The position numbers and the translations under genes are program-made. A stretch of DNA of 63,580 bases, counting the filler, from Reticulomyxa filosa (taxonomy: Eukaryota; Protista; Foraminifera), in NCBI GenBank assembly GCA_000512085.1. It is 16 parts of 16 records of this genome, joined end to end, with 100 filler letters (N's around TTAATTAATTAA, not from the genome) between each part and the next. Parts side by side here need not be neighbours in the genome. Positions count along the whole stretch, not along the records: positions 28,210 to 39,667 come from ASPP01005030.1; positions 39,768 to 43,567 come from ASPP01021765.1; positions 43,668 to 44,862 come from ASPP01000669.1; positions 44,963 to 50,896 come from ASPP01015857.1; positions 50,997 to 54,369 come from ASPP01032906.1; 11 more parts are not named here. The stretch is one strand, 5' to 3'. How positions within the stretch are numbered: the stretch's first letter is position 1; the number at the start of each line of letters is the position of its first letter. Below are positions 38,131 to 51,176 of the stretch, piece after piece. The notes beneath the pieces are model-generated. The model was not told the origin of the DNA. It saw only the letters and a list, made by a program, of their open reading frames with translations, and searched no databases.

Positions 38131-39553
38131 TTGATTATTGCAACTTTGTTGATCAATGAAAGAATCTATAATATAAGAAATATTTCATTAATGTTGCTCA
38201 TTGCTAAGTATTTTTTAAAATGAGAAATTCGGTATAATGTCGATCAGGACAAATATTTCAAGCATACGTATTGTACAAACAATCAACATAATGAAATCAC
38301 TTCAAATATGCTGAAAGTACATTGATTATACATTGGGAAACAAAAAATCAAAGTTGATTTGTTATTTGATAGAGAATAATATATCTTTTTTTTCTTAAAG
38401 GATACAAGACAACTTTTTTTTCAATCTGACTATATCTTATCATAGATCATCTATTTCACAGTGATAATTTGAAAAAAAGGCAATCACGTAATGTTGGTAT
38501 CTATCCAATATTTTTGATAATCTAGATTGTTGTGGAACATACGCATACGATTCAAACTACTCGGACAAAGACAAGCCGAAACTGCAATAGTTGCTTATCA
38601 CTCGCAATGTTGAAAGTGTAACAATTTCTGATAAAAGCCAATCTGAAACTGCCAGTACTTTTCAAACAGTGACTTTCTAAGTTTTTGATGATGGTAAAAT
38701 CAAAAAGAATATGCTCTTTGGCAATGGAAATGTTTTTTTGTGGGTAAGATAGTAACGTTTTATGAACAAACGTCGTAAACAAGCTTGCAGAACAAAAAAA
38801 AAATCGGCATTTGTGGTAAATAGGTTACTTGTTATGGTGCTTCTAAAGAAAACACTAAACATGTGAAAGAAACAGTATTGGTTGCAGTTTTGTGGAAAGA
38901 GAAAAAATGAGAAGATAAGCATTACTCAAAACTAATTTTTTTTAATAAAAAAAACTTTTTGATTTATGCTTTTTGCAGTACATATGTTGCAACTGCCGCA
39001 AGGTCAGTTATTAGAAGATGGTTTGTAAAGCATAATAACAAGAAGCCTGGCCGATCTTTTATTTTTTTCTTCATTTTGGACTTTGTTCAAAAATTAGTGT
39101 CAAAAAAATTTCTTTTTGTTGGAAATATCTAATCTATCAATCTTGTGTTCGCCCAAAAAAATGTTTTTGTGGATCGACGTTGTAATGATCTTGGAACTAT
39201 TTTCTGCAAAATTTCGTATCACAACCATCATATCCAAGCATCTGTAATAACATTCACAATAAAAAGATCTGTTGACGCAATTACACACAAAATAGACACA
39301 AAAAAGATAACACATCTCTTGGCATAATATCACTACTCGTATACATAAATATAAGCAAAAATTCTCTTCATGTAGAATTTTCTAAAAAAAAAGTATGCTA
39401 AATGAAATTTTGTAAAGGTAAGGGACCAGGACCATAATAGGGTTTGTAACTACATCAAAAGGGTAGTTACAAAATTAAGAGTATTGTTTAATTGCTGGCC
39501 TTCATCCACTAACCGCAATGCCCTCCTAATTGAGAGGGGTCGTCGACCTGTGA

Positions 39554-39620
39554 GATATTGGTTGGATAAGCATATATATCTTTTTGATATTGGTTGGATA
39601 AGCATATATATCTTTTTTTT
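39554..39620. repeat. 32-bp exact tandem duplication
   Basis: gatattggttggataagcatatatatcttttt occurs twice (39554 and 39586). Confidence 0.9.
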
Positions 39621-40044
39621 TGCCAGGACGTTTTAACAATGCTTTTTTTTTCAGCATCTTTCTTATTNNNNNNNNNNNNNNNNNNNNNNNNNNNNNNNNN
39701 NNNNNNNNNNNTTAATTAATTAANNNNNNNNNNNNNNNNNNNNNNNNNNNNNNNNNNNNNNNNNNNNTTTCTACATTTTTTTCTTTTTTTATTGTTTGTT
39801 TTTTTTAAATGTGAGAATGCACTTGCTTTTTAAAAAGAAAAAAATTGTTGTGAACAACAAAAAAGTCTAGTAAGCAACATTGTCGATTGTGTGGTACTTG
39901 TAATTTTTTTTTGGTAATGGGGAAAAAAGGGAGAGGGGACGATATATATATTTGCTTTGATACTTTAAAATTTTAAAACCGTTTTTATTTCATAATTTTT
40001 TTCATTGTGGCATCAAAGTACTTTTATCTATTTTTTAAAAACAA

Positions 40045-41800
40045 ATGCCGGAAAGCGTAATGACAGAGAGTTTGCCAACAATTTTGGAAAATGAAGTTAC
40101 CACAAACCAAACTCCAGTGGAACAATTATTACCACTACAGACTTTGGCGGAAGGGGAACACAAAGAACAGCTCTTGTCTAACACCAAATCGGAGTCTGTT
40201 CGTCCCAATGAATCTAAACAAAAAGTCCCTTACAAAGTACAGAGACTGGATGATATTTGTGTTTCTCAAATCTCAAAAATAGTAAATATATGTCCACATT
40301 TAATGGACGAGTTGCCTCCAGAATATATTGATAGCGTGGTTTCTGAAATTGACTTGCAAACCTTGCAAGTCAACGAATGTGCACCATCAATTAAATGTGA
40401 AACACTATGGAAAAGAATGGCACGTGAAAGATGGAAAAATTGTCAGTTGGAAAACCATGGGTATTCTTGGAAGAGGCTCTATCTAGAAAAGCATGTTCAA
40501 GTATTATAATTTATTATTATCCGTTCCCTTTTTTTTTAAAAAAAGCAAACTGAAACTATCAATTTGTTAATTGTGTCAACAAAAGGAACTTTTGGAAGCT
40601 TATTTTCCCTCAAAAGAAAAGTCCAATTGGAATTTTTTGACAAAATTAATTGAAAGTATAGCTCCATTCATAATAACGCTGCAACTCGTGAATTGCCATC
40701 ACGAGTTGATTTATCACCACTTTTGCCTTTTTTCAGCAATTTAACCAGTTTAGATCTCACATATAAAACTCTTTATGCTGGAATGACGTACCAATTCAGT
40801 GATGACGGTATCACAAAAAATGATGCATTGAACTTAGTAAAATATCTGCAAGAAACCAAAACGTTAACAACTCTTAGGTGCTGACAATTTATGGTATTTT
40901 TCTTATTTTTATATCGAATTGTGTTTATTTATTTTTTAAAAGTTTTATTCAAGTAACTAAGAATATTTTGTTTCAATCTGTTGATCAGACTTTCGGAGTG
41001 TCTCATTGACGATGAAATTGTTCATATTCTTGTGAACAGTTTTGAAAAAAATAAAAGTTTAACGTACATTGACTTATCACACAATCGAATTGGTGACATT
41101 GGAGCAAAAAGAATTGGTGAGTGGCTGCTGTCAAAACCAAAGGGAAACACTCTGCTGACGTTAAAATTGAACGACAACGTGATATCTGTACAAGGGGCCA
41201 TTCATTTCAGCGAGATGATAAAAGTATCAGAACAGTTATCAGAATTACATTTGGGATTGAATAGATTGCAAAGTGAAGGGGGAGTTCATTTGTTGACTGC
41301 CATTGCTCTGAACAAAAGCTTGGTGAAGGTAGATCTTTCAACAAACGGTAAGATTATATGCAATCTCTAATGAAAATCTAGTTTGTAAAAATATAATACT
41401 ACTATTAAAAAAATATTTTTTTGCTATTATTGTTTTACTACTTAAAATATTGAGAGTAATGGCATGCGTATTTGGGGGATGCACATTAATAGAAATGAAT
41501 GGTCCCATTGTTGAGCCTCTGCTTTGTGTTCTTCGGGGCAATAGCCATTTAAATGAATTAGACCTCTCAGGGAATGTGTTAATTGACAAAGAGGCCAAAA
41601 GCACAAGCGGTTACATCATGTCACAAATAAAACAAGGCTTAAATGACAAGGCCAATTCGCTTATTCTTTTAGACCTAAGGTTTTGTGGGTTTGATCAAAC
41701 TGATCTCTCAGATGTCAAAAAACTCTTACTTGCTAAACAAGCAAAACATAAGCAAACTCTTCGCAAACAATTGCATCAAATATTTATCAGCAACAATTGA
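40045..41800 (+). CDS. TCTE1: Dynein regulatory complex subunit 5 (TCTE1/DRC5)-like LRR protein
   Basis: 'LWKRMARERW...HGYSWKRLYLEKHVQ|ELLEAYFP' is the TCTE1 N-terminal signature, followed by RI-type LRRs (LTYIDLSHNRIGDIGA). One indel is needed near 40686. Confidence 0.8.
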
Positions 41801-43667
41801 AACATATTTAAAACTGTTGAACCTTTTTTTATCAATTATTTCACAGATTTTCATTCTATATGAATAAGTTTCCTCCAAAAAATGAAATCGCCTTGGCCAG
41901 TACAATTATTCCAAAAAGTCAACTGACAATTTTTTTTAAACAATAAAAAACTATGCCTCAAAAGAACAGAAAAAAAAAGAAAAGAACGAAAATCCTTAAA
42001 CATTACAATTGTAGGATTGAATCAAAAAGAAAAATTTTGGATTGATGGCAAAACTGTACAAAAGTTATCTTAATGTCACCCAATTGTACATTTGGTTGTT
42101 CTAATCTATTATGAGAAGTATTTGTGCATATCATTGTTGTCAGCAAGTGTTTGTGTTTGAATTGGATCAATGTGTCGATGAATAAAATATTGTAATGCCG
42201 GCCAGTTTGTCCAAATGTTGTATTGATGGCTAAGTGCATTATGAGATCAAGACTTTGACAATGATCAGTTCGACCAAGTGAGCAAGTTCTTTCTTGGAAA
42301 GATGCTTCAACTGGCCGTAATCATAGGCCAAAGATGCCCATTGACCGTGAGCAAGGTGCTATCAGGATGAGTGTTTCTATTGAATCCACCCGTTTTGAAG
42401 ATTTGACACTCGTACACCAAAAGCGTCTTAAGAAAAAGCACCACATTGGGCACCAAGAGCCCACAATACGAGAGATAGGACACTGACGCTGACAGGCTGT
42501 CAGGCCACGTTAGCTGGATAAACAGCAAGGTAAGCATGTAATTGAGTAAAGTGTCAGTACGTTATGCAAATCGCTCAGCTTCTTTATTGTATAAGAGAAA
42601 AGCTTCTCATGCAACAAATATGAAAGGGGAGAAGTTCGTAAAAGATACAAAAGTGTGTTTATGTGTATGGAAGCATAAATTGTAACATATGAATTTAAAC
42701 AATTTTAAAAAATAAATAAATAAAAAGTTTAGTATTTTTAGGGAATAAAAATTGAAAAATCAGTTTTTTTTATATAGTGAGTCAAACAAACACAACCGAA
42801 TAGATCGTGAGAACAAAAAAAAGTTTTTGTTGTTGTAACCAATGATCTTTAAAGCGCAGACAGCTGTTCAAGAGCCAAGCAAACCAATACAACGTGGACA
42901 CTCATGATAAGAGGTTAGTAGAGAATGAACTGAAAGACTTATGAGCATGGCCACATTCACACATCGCGTGTTGGGGCTCATTTGTTTATTTTTTAAAAAT
43001 GTTTTTGAATTAATTGAATTATATTAAAGAAGAGCTAATGTCCCTTTATCTTTTTACTTTTGTTATTTTAAAAAAAGAAAAGGATTTTGTCTTTTTTTAA
43101 GTAGTATCATTCATCGCAAAATTTTGTTGAGATAAAAAAAATGAACTCACTTGGAGATTAAAGATTTTCTCAACTGTAGAAACAGAGAAGAATGCAAGAA
43201 AAGATGGAAATCAAATTTATGTTGTGGGTCATAAAGATTGTCTTATTTGTCTGTTTATCCCACTTGTGTCCATCTCATTTGCATTTAATATCACAATGAA
43301 TACATTTAACACCAATAATGATCTCATTCTGCTTAAATAACCAAAGCTTTTTACTCAATATTTTATCTCTCCCTTCTATTTGATACATTAAATGTATTTC
43401 CACTTTTACTTTGTTCGCACCTCCACTCATTATACTTTCATTGTTATCCTTTTCTTCATCAATGACAGTATTGTAATCAGTTTTATTGAAAACAAAATTT
43501 TTGCATTCCTGATTACGAAACCATTGATAAACAACACTACCTAAACGAATTCGATATCCAACATTGTNNNNNNNNNNNNNNNNNNNNNNNNNNNNNNNNN
43601 NNNNNNNNNNNTTAATTAATTAANNNNNNNNNNNNNNNNNNNNNNNNNNNNNNNNNNNNNNNNNNNN

Positions 43668-44155
43668 TTACGGATTGCCAAAAGATATTGAAATCATTTA
43701 ATGAGGATAATGTACCAGAGATCTGTTGGATTAAAGATCATTCTGGGATTCCTGGAAATGATAAAGTGGATCTTGTTGCAAATAATGCTCGCATCAGGTT
43801 AGATAAGAAATATCGTGGCATAATATGTCTTGGATTATCCACTCATTCAATCCATAATTATTCAGAAATGCAGCTGATCTGTGTTGTGGAATCAAATCTG
43901 GTTGCAATTGCAACGCTTTCCTGGAAGCGCAATCATTTGAGAAGATTGACATTTAGTGAACGCAAGATCATGTCGGCTGAAGTTGGATTGAATGACATTT
44001 GTTTAACATCCAAAGATCTGATTGTATTTAGTGTGAAGAAGAAGACCTTTGAGCATTTCCTGATGGAATGTTTGTGGTGCCAAGATTTACGTAGCAGTTG
44101 GTGGACAAATGTCCAGACATTGCTTCCAGATATAATTTATTGTCACTGTCGATGA
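43668..44155 (+). mobile_element. Degenerate non-LTR retrotransposon ORF2 3' fragment (RNase H C-terminus plus CCHC knuckle)
   Basis: 'ICWIKDHSGIPGNDKVDLVA' matches the WVPGHxGIxGNExAD motif. The downstream 'DCI*CEE..TFEHFLMEC' zinc knuckle is broken by a stop and a frameshift. Confidence 0.8.
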
Positions 44156-44962
44156 AATATTTCATTGTTGGAGAAAAAAAAAAATTAATTTAAACATCCT
44201 TCATCGAGATAAACTTTTGGAAAAAAAGTTGTATTAGGAAGACAAGCAAAGAACAACTAAAGTCAGATATCTGATATTGCGATTTTGCGCGAGATCAGAT
44301 ATACACAAGATAACAAAAGAAACACAGTCAAAACAAATAATATCAACGAGAAAGAATAGCGCTACTTTTTTATTAAATAAGCCGAAATGGCAATATCAAC
44401 ACCATTCATATGCTTTTCTTTAATAATAAGTGTTAAGGTATAATAGTATACTTTATGACTTAGCCTACCCTACGATTAAATTTTATTTTTTGTTTAGTTT
44501 GCTTTAATTTGTTAAAAGAGGTGAATTGAATCTCAATATTTCATTTAGACTTCAACACTTCGAAAACAAGGCTCAGATGACTCAGTTGAGCATTAGCATT
44601 GCTCCTGTAATTCCCCTGACCATTCCACAGGAGGGAGGGCGTGAAGGTGTCAGACTACTCGTTACTTCATCTTTCACTCATCACTGATTTTGGCCCTTGC
44701 CATACCCCAAAGTGCAAACAAAAGCAAGTTCAAGTGCCTGGACCAAAATAGTTCATGGCACAAATATTAAGAGAAAACAAAATAATTACAGTTTGTCAAA
44801 CAAAACGGAAAAACAAATTAAAAAAAAATTGTCAATCAAAATTTGTATTTAGATTGTGAAAANNNNNNNNNNNNNNNNNNNNNNNNNNNNNNNNNNNNNN
44901 NNNNNNTTAATTAATTAANNNNNNNNNNNNNNNNNNNNNNNNNNNNNNNNNNNNNNNNNNNN

Positions 44963-45800
44963 AAAAGAGCCGCGAAGAACTGGAATTGCTTTTCGTTCAG
45001 ATCGTTTGCTTGGACGACGCTATCGTCGACGAGATCAAATCGTCAATGGAAGGGGACACCAAACAAGCCATCGATGATTTTGACGGTGCAATCGTGGCAG
45101 GCGAATTAGACGATTTGTTGGATAACACAAAAGTTACTTTTTTTTTTTCCCCCTAAAAAAAAAAAAAAAAAACTAAAAAATAAATAAATAAATATTTATA
45201 TTTATTTATTTATTTTTTAATTTTTAATTTTGTTTTTTTTTTTTAAATAGCTCTGTTTTGATTTGTTGTGTAGGAAGTATTCGAAGTTGTTCAATCTATG
45301 ATTCAGTTATTGCATTTGGATTTATGTCTGCAGACGCTCACACATGTGACGAATGGACTACTAAAATTTTTGAAAATGTGTATCGATGAAGAAGACATGT
45401 CCACTGCGACGGCGACAACGGGTGGTAAAGCGATTGAAAAGTTTAGCAAGGACGAGTTGCAACATAATGGCAAACTCAGCTTTGTCTTGCAACAATTGGA
45501 ACAAATGTGGGAAAAATTTTGCCAAGCTTACAATACGCAAACCTCTCGCGATAGACACAACACGGAAACTGTTTTGATTGATATCTGGCAAAACATGAAT
45601 CAATGGCAAAAAGATGTTTACGACATTGTCGGACCTTTGTTCAGTGATTGTGTCCGATCTTTGAAAACTACTGTTCATCTTATTGAAAGAAATGAACACG
45701 CTTCCAACTCTGAACTTGAAACAAACCAAAAAGAAACAAAAGAGAATGGAATAAATGCCAATTGTTTAGATTTATTTTATCTTCGACTCTTCAATTTTTT
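44963..45800 (+). CDS. Hypothetical helical protein, 3' exons
   Basis: Two open exons (44963-45132 and ~45274-45760) with coding-like composition, separated by a GT-AG intron. No family recognised. Confidence 0.5.
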
Positions 45801-46329
45801 TTTTTTTTTTTTTTTGTAAACAAAAAGTAATTTTGATTTATGAAACATTTTTATTGAAGTCACATTATTGATTATTATTATTATGAAAAAAAAAAAAATT
45901 TTCTTCTGTAACACTTTCGGCTGATAACAACCAAATGCAAAAAATGTACAAGTTTGAAGTACTCCTTGTTGAAACATATCCATTGATTTGAAAGTTTGGA
46001 GTGAGTTGAAACATGTCAGTTGACAGTACAAAGAATTTCGGTTCTGTCTTCTTACAAACAAAATTTTTATTTACTTTTTTGTATGTAGGCCCGAGCCGGC
46101 AAATGCTTGCTCTTTAAAATTTTTGTTCATCTTGGTTATGTAATTCCAGTCAACAAATATTCTGGTAACAAAATATTTCTGTCGAAATGTTTTAGCACAT
46201 TGATATTCAGCAAACCAATGTGTCAGATAATTTGCCATTCGGTAGCGATGAATTTCTTTTGTGTTTTGACACTAATAACATGGCAATTCAAAGTTAAAAA
46301 AAAGGGGGAAGTAACAAGAAAAAAAGTGA

Positions 46330-49300
46330 ACACTTACCCATAAATCTTTCTTTTGTATGTTGATTTTATGGTGATTCTTCCACAGCTTAAAGTAGTAACG
46401 GATACTGTCATCATTGTGAAATGTGCTGGCTTCACTTTCATATTTTTTTAGACGTTGAAGTCTTTCGTACTGTGTACAACAGCCAGTGCGTTTACTAAAA
46501 AAAAAATTGCTTGTAAAATAATTAACCTCATTACGGCATTGTAACAATGGATTGATTCCAAATTTGCACACTTTTAACATTTGCCAAAGCTTGTGCTGTC
46601 CAAGTTTTCATAAATTTGTGTTTGTTTGTCCCTTGTGGTAAGAACATACAAAAAGTCAGTAGTTTTTGCCAACCTTGTTGTTGTTGGGATCATGTTTCCA
46701 TTGTTCAAATAATACATCTTTGAGCTGCTCTTCAAATTTTTGTCGGACGACATTAACATTTTGTGTTTGTCTAATTTTTTTTTTACTGTACTTGCGCCAA
46801 CGGTGGACAAACTTTTGCAAACCCTTGTTTCTGTTGAACCGTATCATTAATGCATGCACGCGAGCTTTTTCGCATGAGCATTGTTTCCACCATTTAATTT
46901 TTTTTTCTTTAATTTTTTTTTTGTGCGTGCACGTTTTATTGTTTTAAACAACTGTATTTCTTTTTTTAAAATTATATAACTCAATTCGGATGTTGCATGC
47001 ATCATTTTGGAGCAACTCATCATTCTCTCATGGCTCCAACATTTTACCCAATGATAAAAAATAACCTCACAAAGCTTTTTACGTCTATCAATAAACAAAA
47101 CAAAGAATTGTTTTGTTTATTGTTAATAATTAAAAAAAAAAAACAGCACCAAAGTGCAATACGTGTAACCGTGCAGCAGAACAGGCTTCGGTTTTTCTCT
47201 TGTGTTTCTCGCACGTGACGACAGACGCAAATTGGAGTGTCAGATTTCTGACTTTGGAGGCTCGTGCTTGCGCTATGTTTGCATTTATTTCTGTTTTGGC
47301 ATTTTTCCAACACTTCATGATCGTCCACATAAGCTCTTTATCATGGTGACGCTTGTTGATTTTGCCAAGACTCTCGATCATGCACTCGAACCTCCAACAC
47401 ATCCAGTAGTCTTGCACCAAGTTTCGTGTACGTGCTTTTTTAAGCTTTTTGCCTCCAGTTAACATCTTCTTGCGAAACATGGAGTACGTATTCCACCAGG
47501 TGACTACGTATCGCAGCTGCAAACATGCCTTCGCATGTTGTTTCCAACGCACAATGCTTTTTGCAGCAACTCTATAAAAACCCGCATATAAACAACAATT
47601 TTTCTTTCCTTTTTTTTTTTTTTTTTTTTTTTTTTGAAAATAATGAGATGCAACTAAAATGTAAAAAAAAAAAAAAAATCAAACTTATTGAGATGGAATA
47701 AAACTACTTTTTGGTTCAATTTATTGTGGTTAAGCACGTTGTACCAACGGCAGAGACATTGGTGAATATCATTGATCGCTTTTCTCCTTCTCACAATTTT
47801 GGACGTACGAGAGACCCAGCACGTATACTTCCAAGTCCGAAAATGCTGTCGGAGTAGATCTTTGCTTGGAAGCATTATGCTTTGCGACACACGTATTTGC
47901 AAAAACGATCGTTGTAGCTTTTGTTCCAATTGCATTTTAATATACTCCTTTTTCCATGTTTTCAGTGCACTGTACACCAAACTTTTTTTTTTTCTTAATA
48001 TTTGGACTCCTTTTTTATTTTATATTGTCGAGCGGGAGAAAAGCAACAAACAAAGCAAGTACTTTCCTCAAAAGCAACGCGCCATATTTTCTTTTGTGAT
48101 TTTGAAACTGAGTTGCACTTTCAACCAGTTTGGCAAGTGCTTTTTTTGATTCATAGAATCTATATTTTGCAATTTTTTTAAAAAAGATTGACGAAATACG
48201 TACAAAAAAAAAAAATAAAAAAAAATCAAACATTAGCCATTGTTGGAGGCCTCTCTTCTTTGCTTTTTCCTTTGCAAAGGCAGATGCCAGCAATATTTTT
48301 TTTTCTTTTTCTTTTTCCTGCCTTACGTTGTATGCTAAACGTTTTATTACATCCCTCCGTAATTTGCGCACGTGGAATGTCTTTATTTTTTTTTATCACA
48401 TGTTTCTTTACACTGGTTTTTTTTCTTTTCTAATGTTTGAACAAATAATAAGATTAATAAATACGTATACTTTAATCCAAAATTGTATACGTTTTTTTTT
48501 TTTTTTGAAACAATAAAAAAAAAGATTTATTTTTTTTGAACTGTTGCAGTTTTTCTAGACGCTTGCAGACAACGTACAAAGTGTTTCCATGAACCAAACG
48601 TTTGAATTAGTTGAATATGATTTTTATATTGGATTTGCCTTCTCATACGTTGTAGTCTTTGTTTTTGCTGGCTCCGCTCTTTGGAATGTCCCAAAAGAGT
48701 CGGATGCAATATTGGATCTTTCCATTGGTCCATTTTTTTGCCTTGCAGCTGGGCTTGTTTAACGTACGAATGCCAGTGATATAGCATTCGCCTGAAGTAG
48801 TGTAAATCAAGGAAAATTCTTGCACGTTCCATGTGCTTTCGAAACTGTGCAGAAAGAAGGTACTCCTTTTTCCACACACTCCAACTTTCTTGATGGAGTC
48901 TGTGGCGCTCACGAAGTGAGTGCACTCGAATTAATGACATCAATTTTGCTTGAGTGTCTTGGGTACTTTGATTCCACTGATGAAATACTTTTCCTTGCAG
49001 TTGTAAGACATAGTGCTCGTTGGCGTAGGTATTTAATTGAATGCTTTGGTACAGTATATTCCAACAATGAAAAGAATGTCTTAGTCTCACCTTGGCATTA
49101 TGCTCAAGAAAGGTTATAATGCTATTCAAATTTATTGAAGTGTCTTACACATCAAAAACAAAAGTGCAAAAAAAAAAAAAGGGGTAACTCCATTGTTTGA
49201 CGAGTGTTTGTAACAACGTAGTTATGCCACCACTCAATCGTCCATAATTTCACTTTTTTTCTGAAAAGAGCTGGTCAGGTAGTTACATTTTTGATGGTAT

Positions 49301-49896
49301 CGCTGCGCTGTAAGAAGTTGGCGCAGTCGGAGCAAGAAAGCGGAAACTGCTGTATTTTTAAAGTGGTAACTTGCCAGTTCATCACTGTCGGCTACATTCT
49401 GCAAAACACAATCCAAATTAGTTGTACTCAAAGAATATGTTCACCATTAAAATATATTTAGGGAGTTTTTAAAAAATTTGTGCACTTGCTCGGGCAATGT
49501 TGTCTGAAAAAATCCCGTTTTTTAAGTTATTGACGGACAAAAACACAACTTTACGCAAGTGATCCAAAAATGCCATTGCGCGAAATATTTTTTGATACAA
49601 TGGATATCTTTTTGTCTCTTCCATTCATTTATTTGTCTCTGTTGATTTGTGTGTTTTCTGAAAGAGTTGTGCCAAATATGTAAATGCCGTTTAAGTTGAT
49701 ATCGATGATTCATTGAAATTGCAATTACTCTTTTACTTCTCTGCTTCTTCCTTTGCTGAAGCAATAGCAACCACTTTTTCAAACCAAATCTTAATTGAAA
49801 ATAACAATAATATGTTAGTGCTGTTAGATCCCAATGTTCAGTTGTCTTGTCACTTGTTGTATCACTTTCCCAATTTTGCATTGTGATTTTTTCCAT
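46330..49896 (-). CDS. Sfi1-like centrin-binding repeat protein (multi-exon)
   Basis: Many L/F-x3-F/L-x2-W-K/R/H repeats across 10 or more exons: LRFGLKKWL, LKRHLHIWH, IKKYFAQWH, LRHSFHCWN, QGKVFHQWN, FRRMLYHWH, LIQTFGSWK, LRQHFRTWK, LQKFVHRWR, IRYYFKLWK. The 3' end is approximate. Confidence 0.75.
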
Positions 49897-50996
49897 TTCT
49901 CAAAAGACAAGAAAAAAAAATTGCATAGGTTTTTTGTTTGAACGATTTATTGACGTTAGTATGTTGAATGATGAACAATTTTTTTAGTGTCCCCTTGCGC
50001 AAGGAAAGTAGTAAGTTTCGTTAAACAAGCTAAAAAACCAAAAAACGTGACAGTTACTAGTTCATAAACAAGTAAAGGATGGTCAACGAATTTCCGTTGT
50101 TAAAACTCAATTGACAAACGTAAAAGCCTAGAGACAACTGTAGCTGTTTTAAAAAGTTAGCTTAAACTTTTGGGGGGTTACGTTGGAAAGCAACACGAAC
50201 CTTTAAGTCTTTTTTTCGTCAACTCTTTCCTTTTTTTTTGCATAAAGGGAATTGAAAACTCAGATGGCAACAATTTGGAAAGAAAGTATATTGTTTAACA
50301 CACAATAAATGAACTTTGAAAGAAATAAACTTGAATTGTAAGTAAAGTAATGAAAAAGAGTAATTTCAAAAGCTTAAGCTAACACGTTTTGCAAATTATA
50401 AGTCCTATTAACTTTATTTTCTAACTATGTAATTTCTTTTGTTTTTTGGGAGAGTCTCACAAAAAAGTAATTGGAAAGAGATGCGAAAATCGAGTGAAAG
50501 AGAAATTTCACAAAAACCACTACCTACAAAAAATACGCACAATCCACATACATTTTACATAAAATCTGTTACAAATTTAATCAAGACACACCAAAAGCTA
50601 AGCCTCACCGTTTATTCCAAACCGCAAATGAAAACAGTCAAAATAAAAAACACAAGCTAGCATTATTCCAGTCTTTTTTTTTTTTTACTCCATTGCAACA
50701 ACTTTTTTTTATTTTGGAAAACACACAATTTTCACGCAAGTGAGACAGCAAAGACTCAAAAAAAACGTACTACTTCGAATGAAATATTTTCTTTGGTGGT
50801 GTCATATGTCCCACAAAAAACAGACAAAACAAACAAAAAAACGAAGCAAAGCAAAAAATGAAAACAGTAATAAAAAATAAAATAATAATAAAAAAANNNN
50901 NNNNNNNNNNNNNNNNNNNNNNNNNNNNNNNNNNNNNNNNTTAATTAATTAANNNNNNNNNNNNNNNNNNNNNNNNNNNNNNNNNNNNNNNNNNNN

Positions 50997-51176
50997 GTTT
51001 TTGAGTATATGATAAGAATAACAAGCTCTTTGTTCATAACTTCCACAAATGAGTATTTCATGTTTGTGTAATATACATTGAGTTTGACGAAGTGGATTGG
51101 GTAAATCTTTCAACCTTTGAAAGGGAATTGAGGTATTAAGATGTTGACGTTGTTTAATTGTAGTTCGATTAGCCAT
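50997..51176 (-). CDS. Kelch-repeat family paralog, N-terminal fragment
   Basis: 'PFQRLKDLPNPLRQTQCILHKHEILICGSYEQRACYSYHILKN' aligns with 'PFVTLPSLPVPISRGQCVVYDQEVLICGGLYTRDCYSYHVLEK' of the gene at 4321. Confidence 0.75.

Noticed and set aside
42000-42540. GC-richer minus-strand segment with hydrophobic ORF pieces
   Set aside because: Interrupted in all frames and no family could be assigned; at most a pseudogene fragment.
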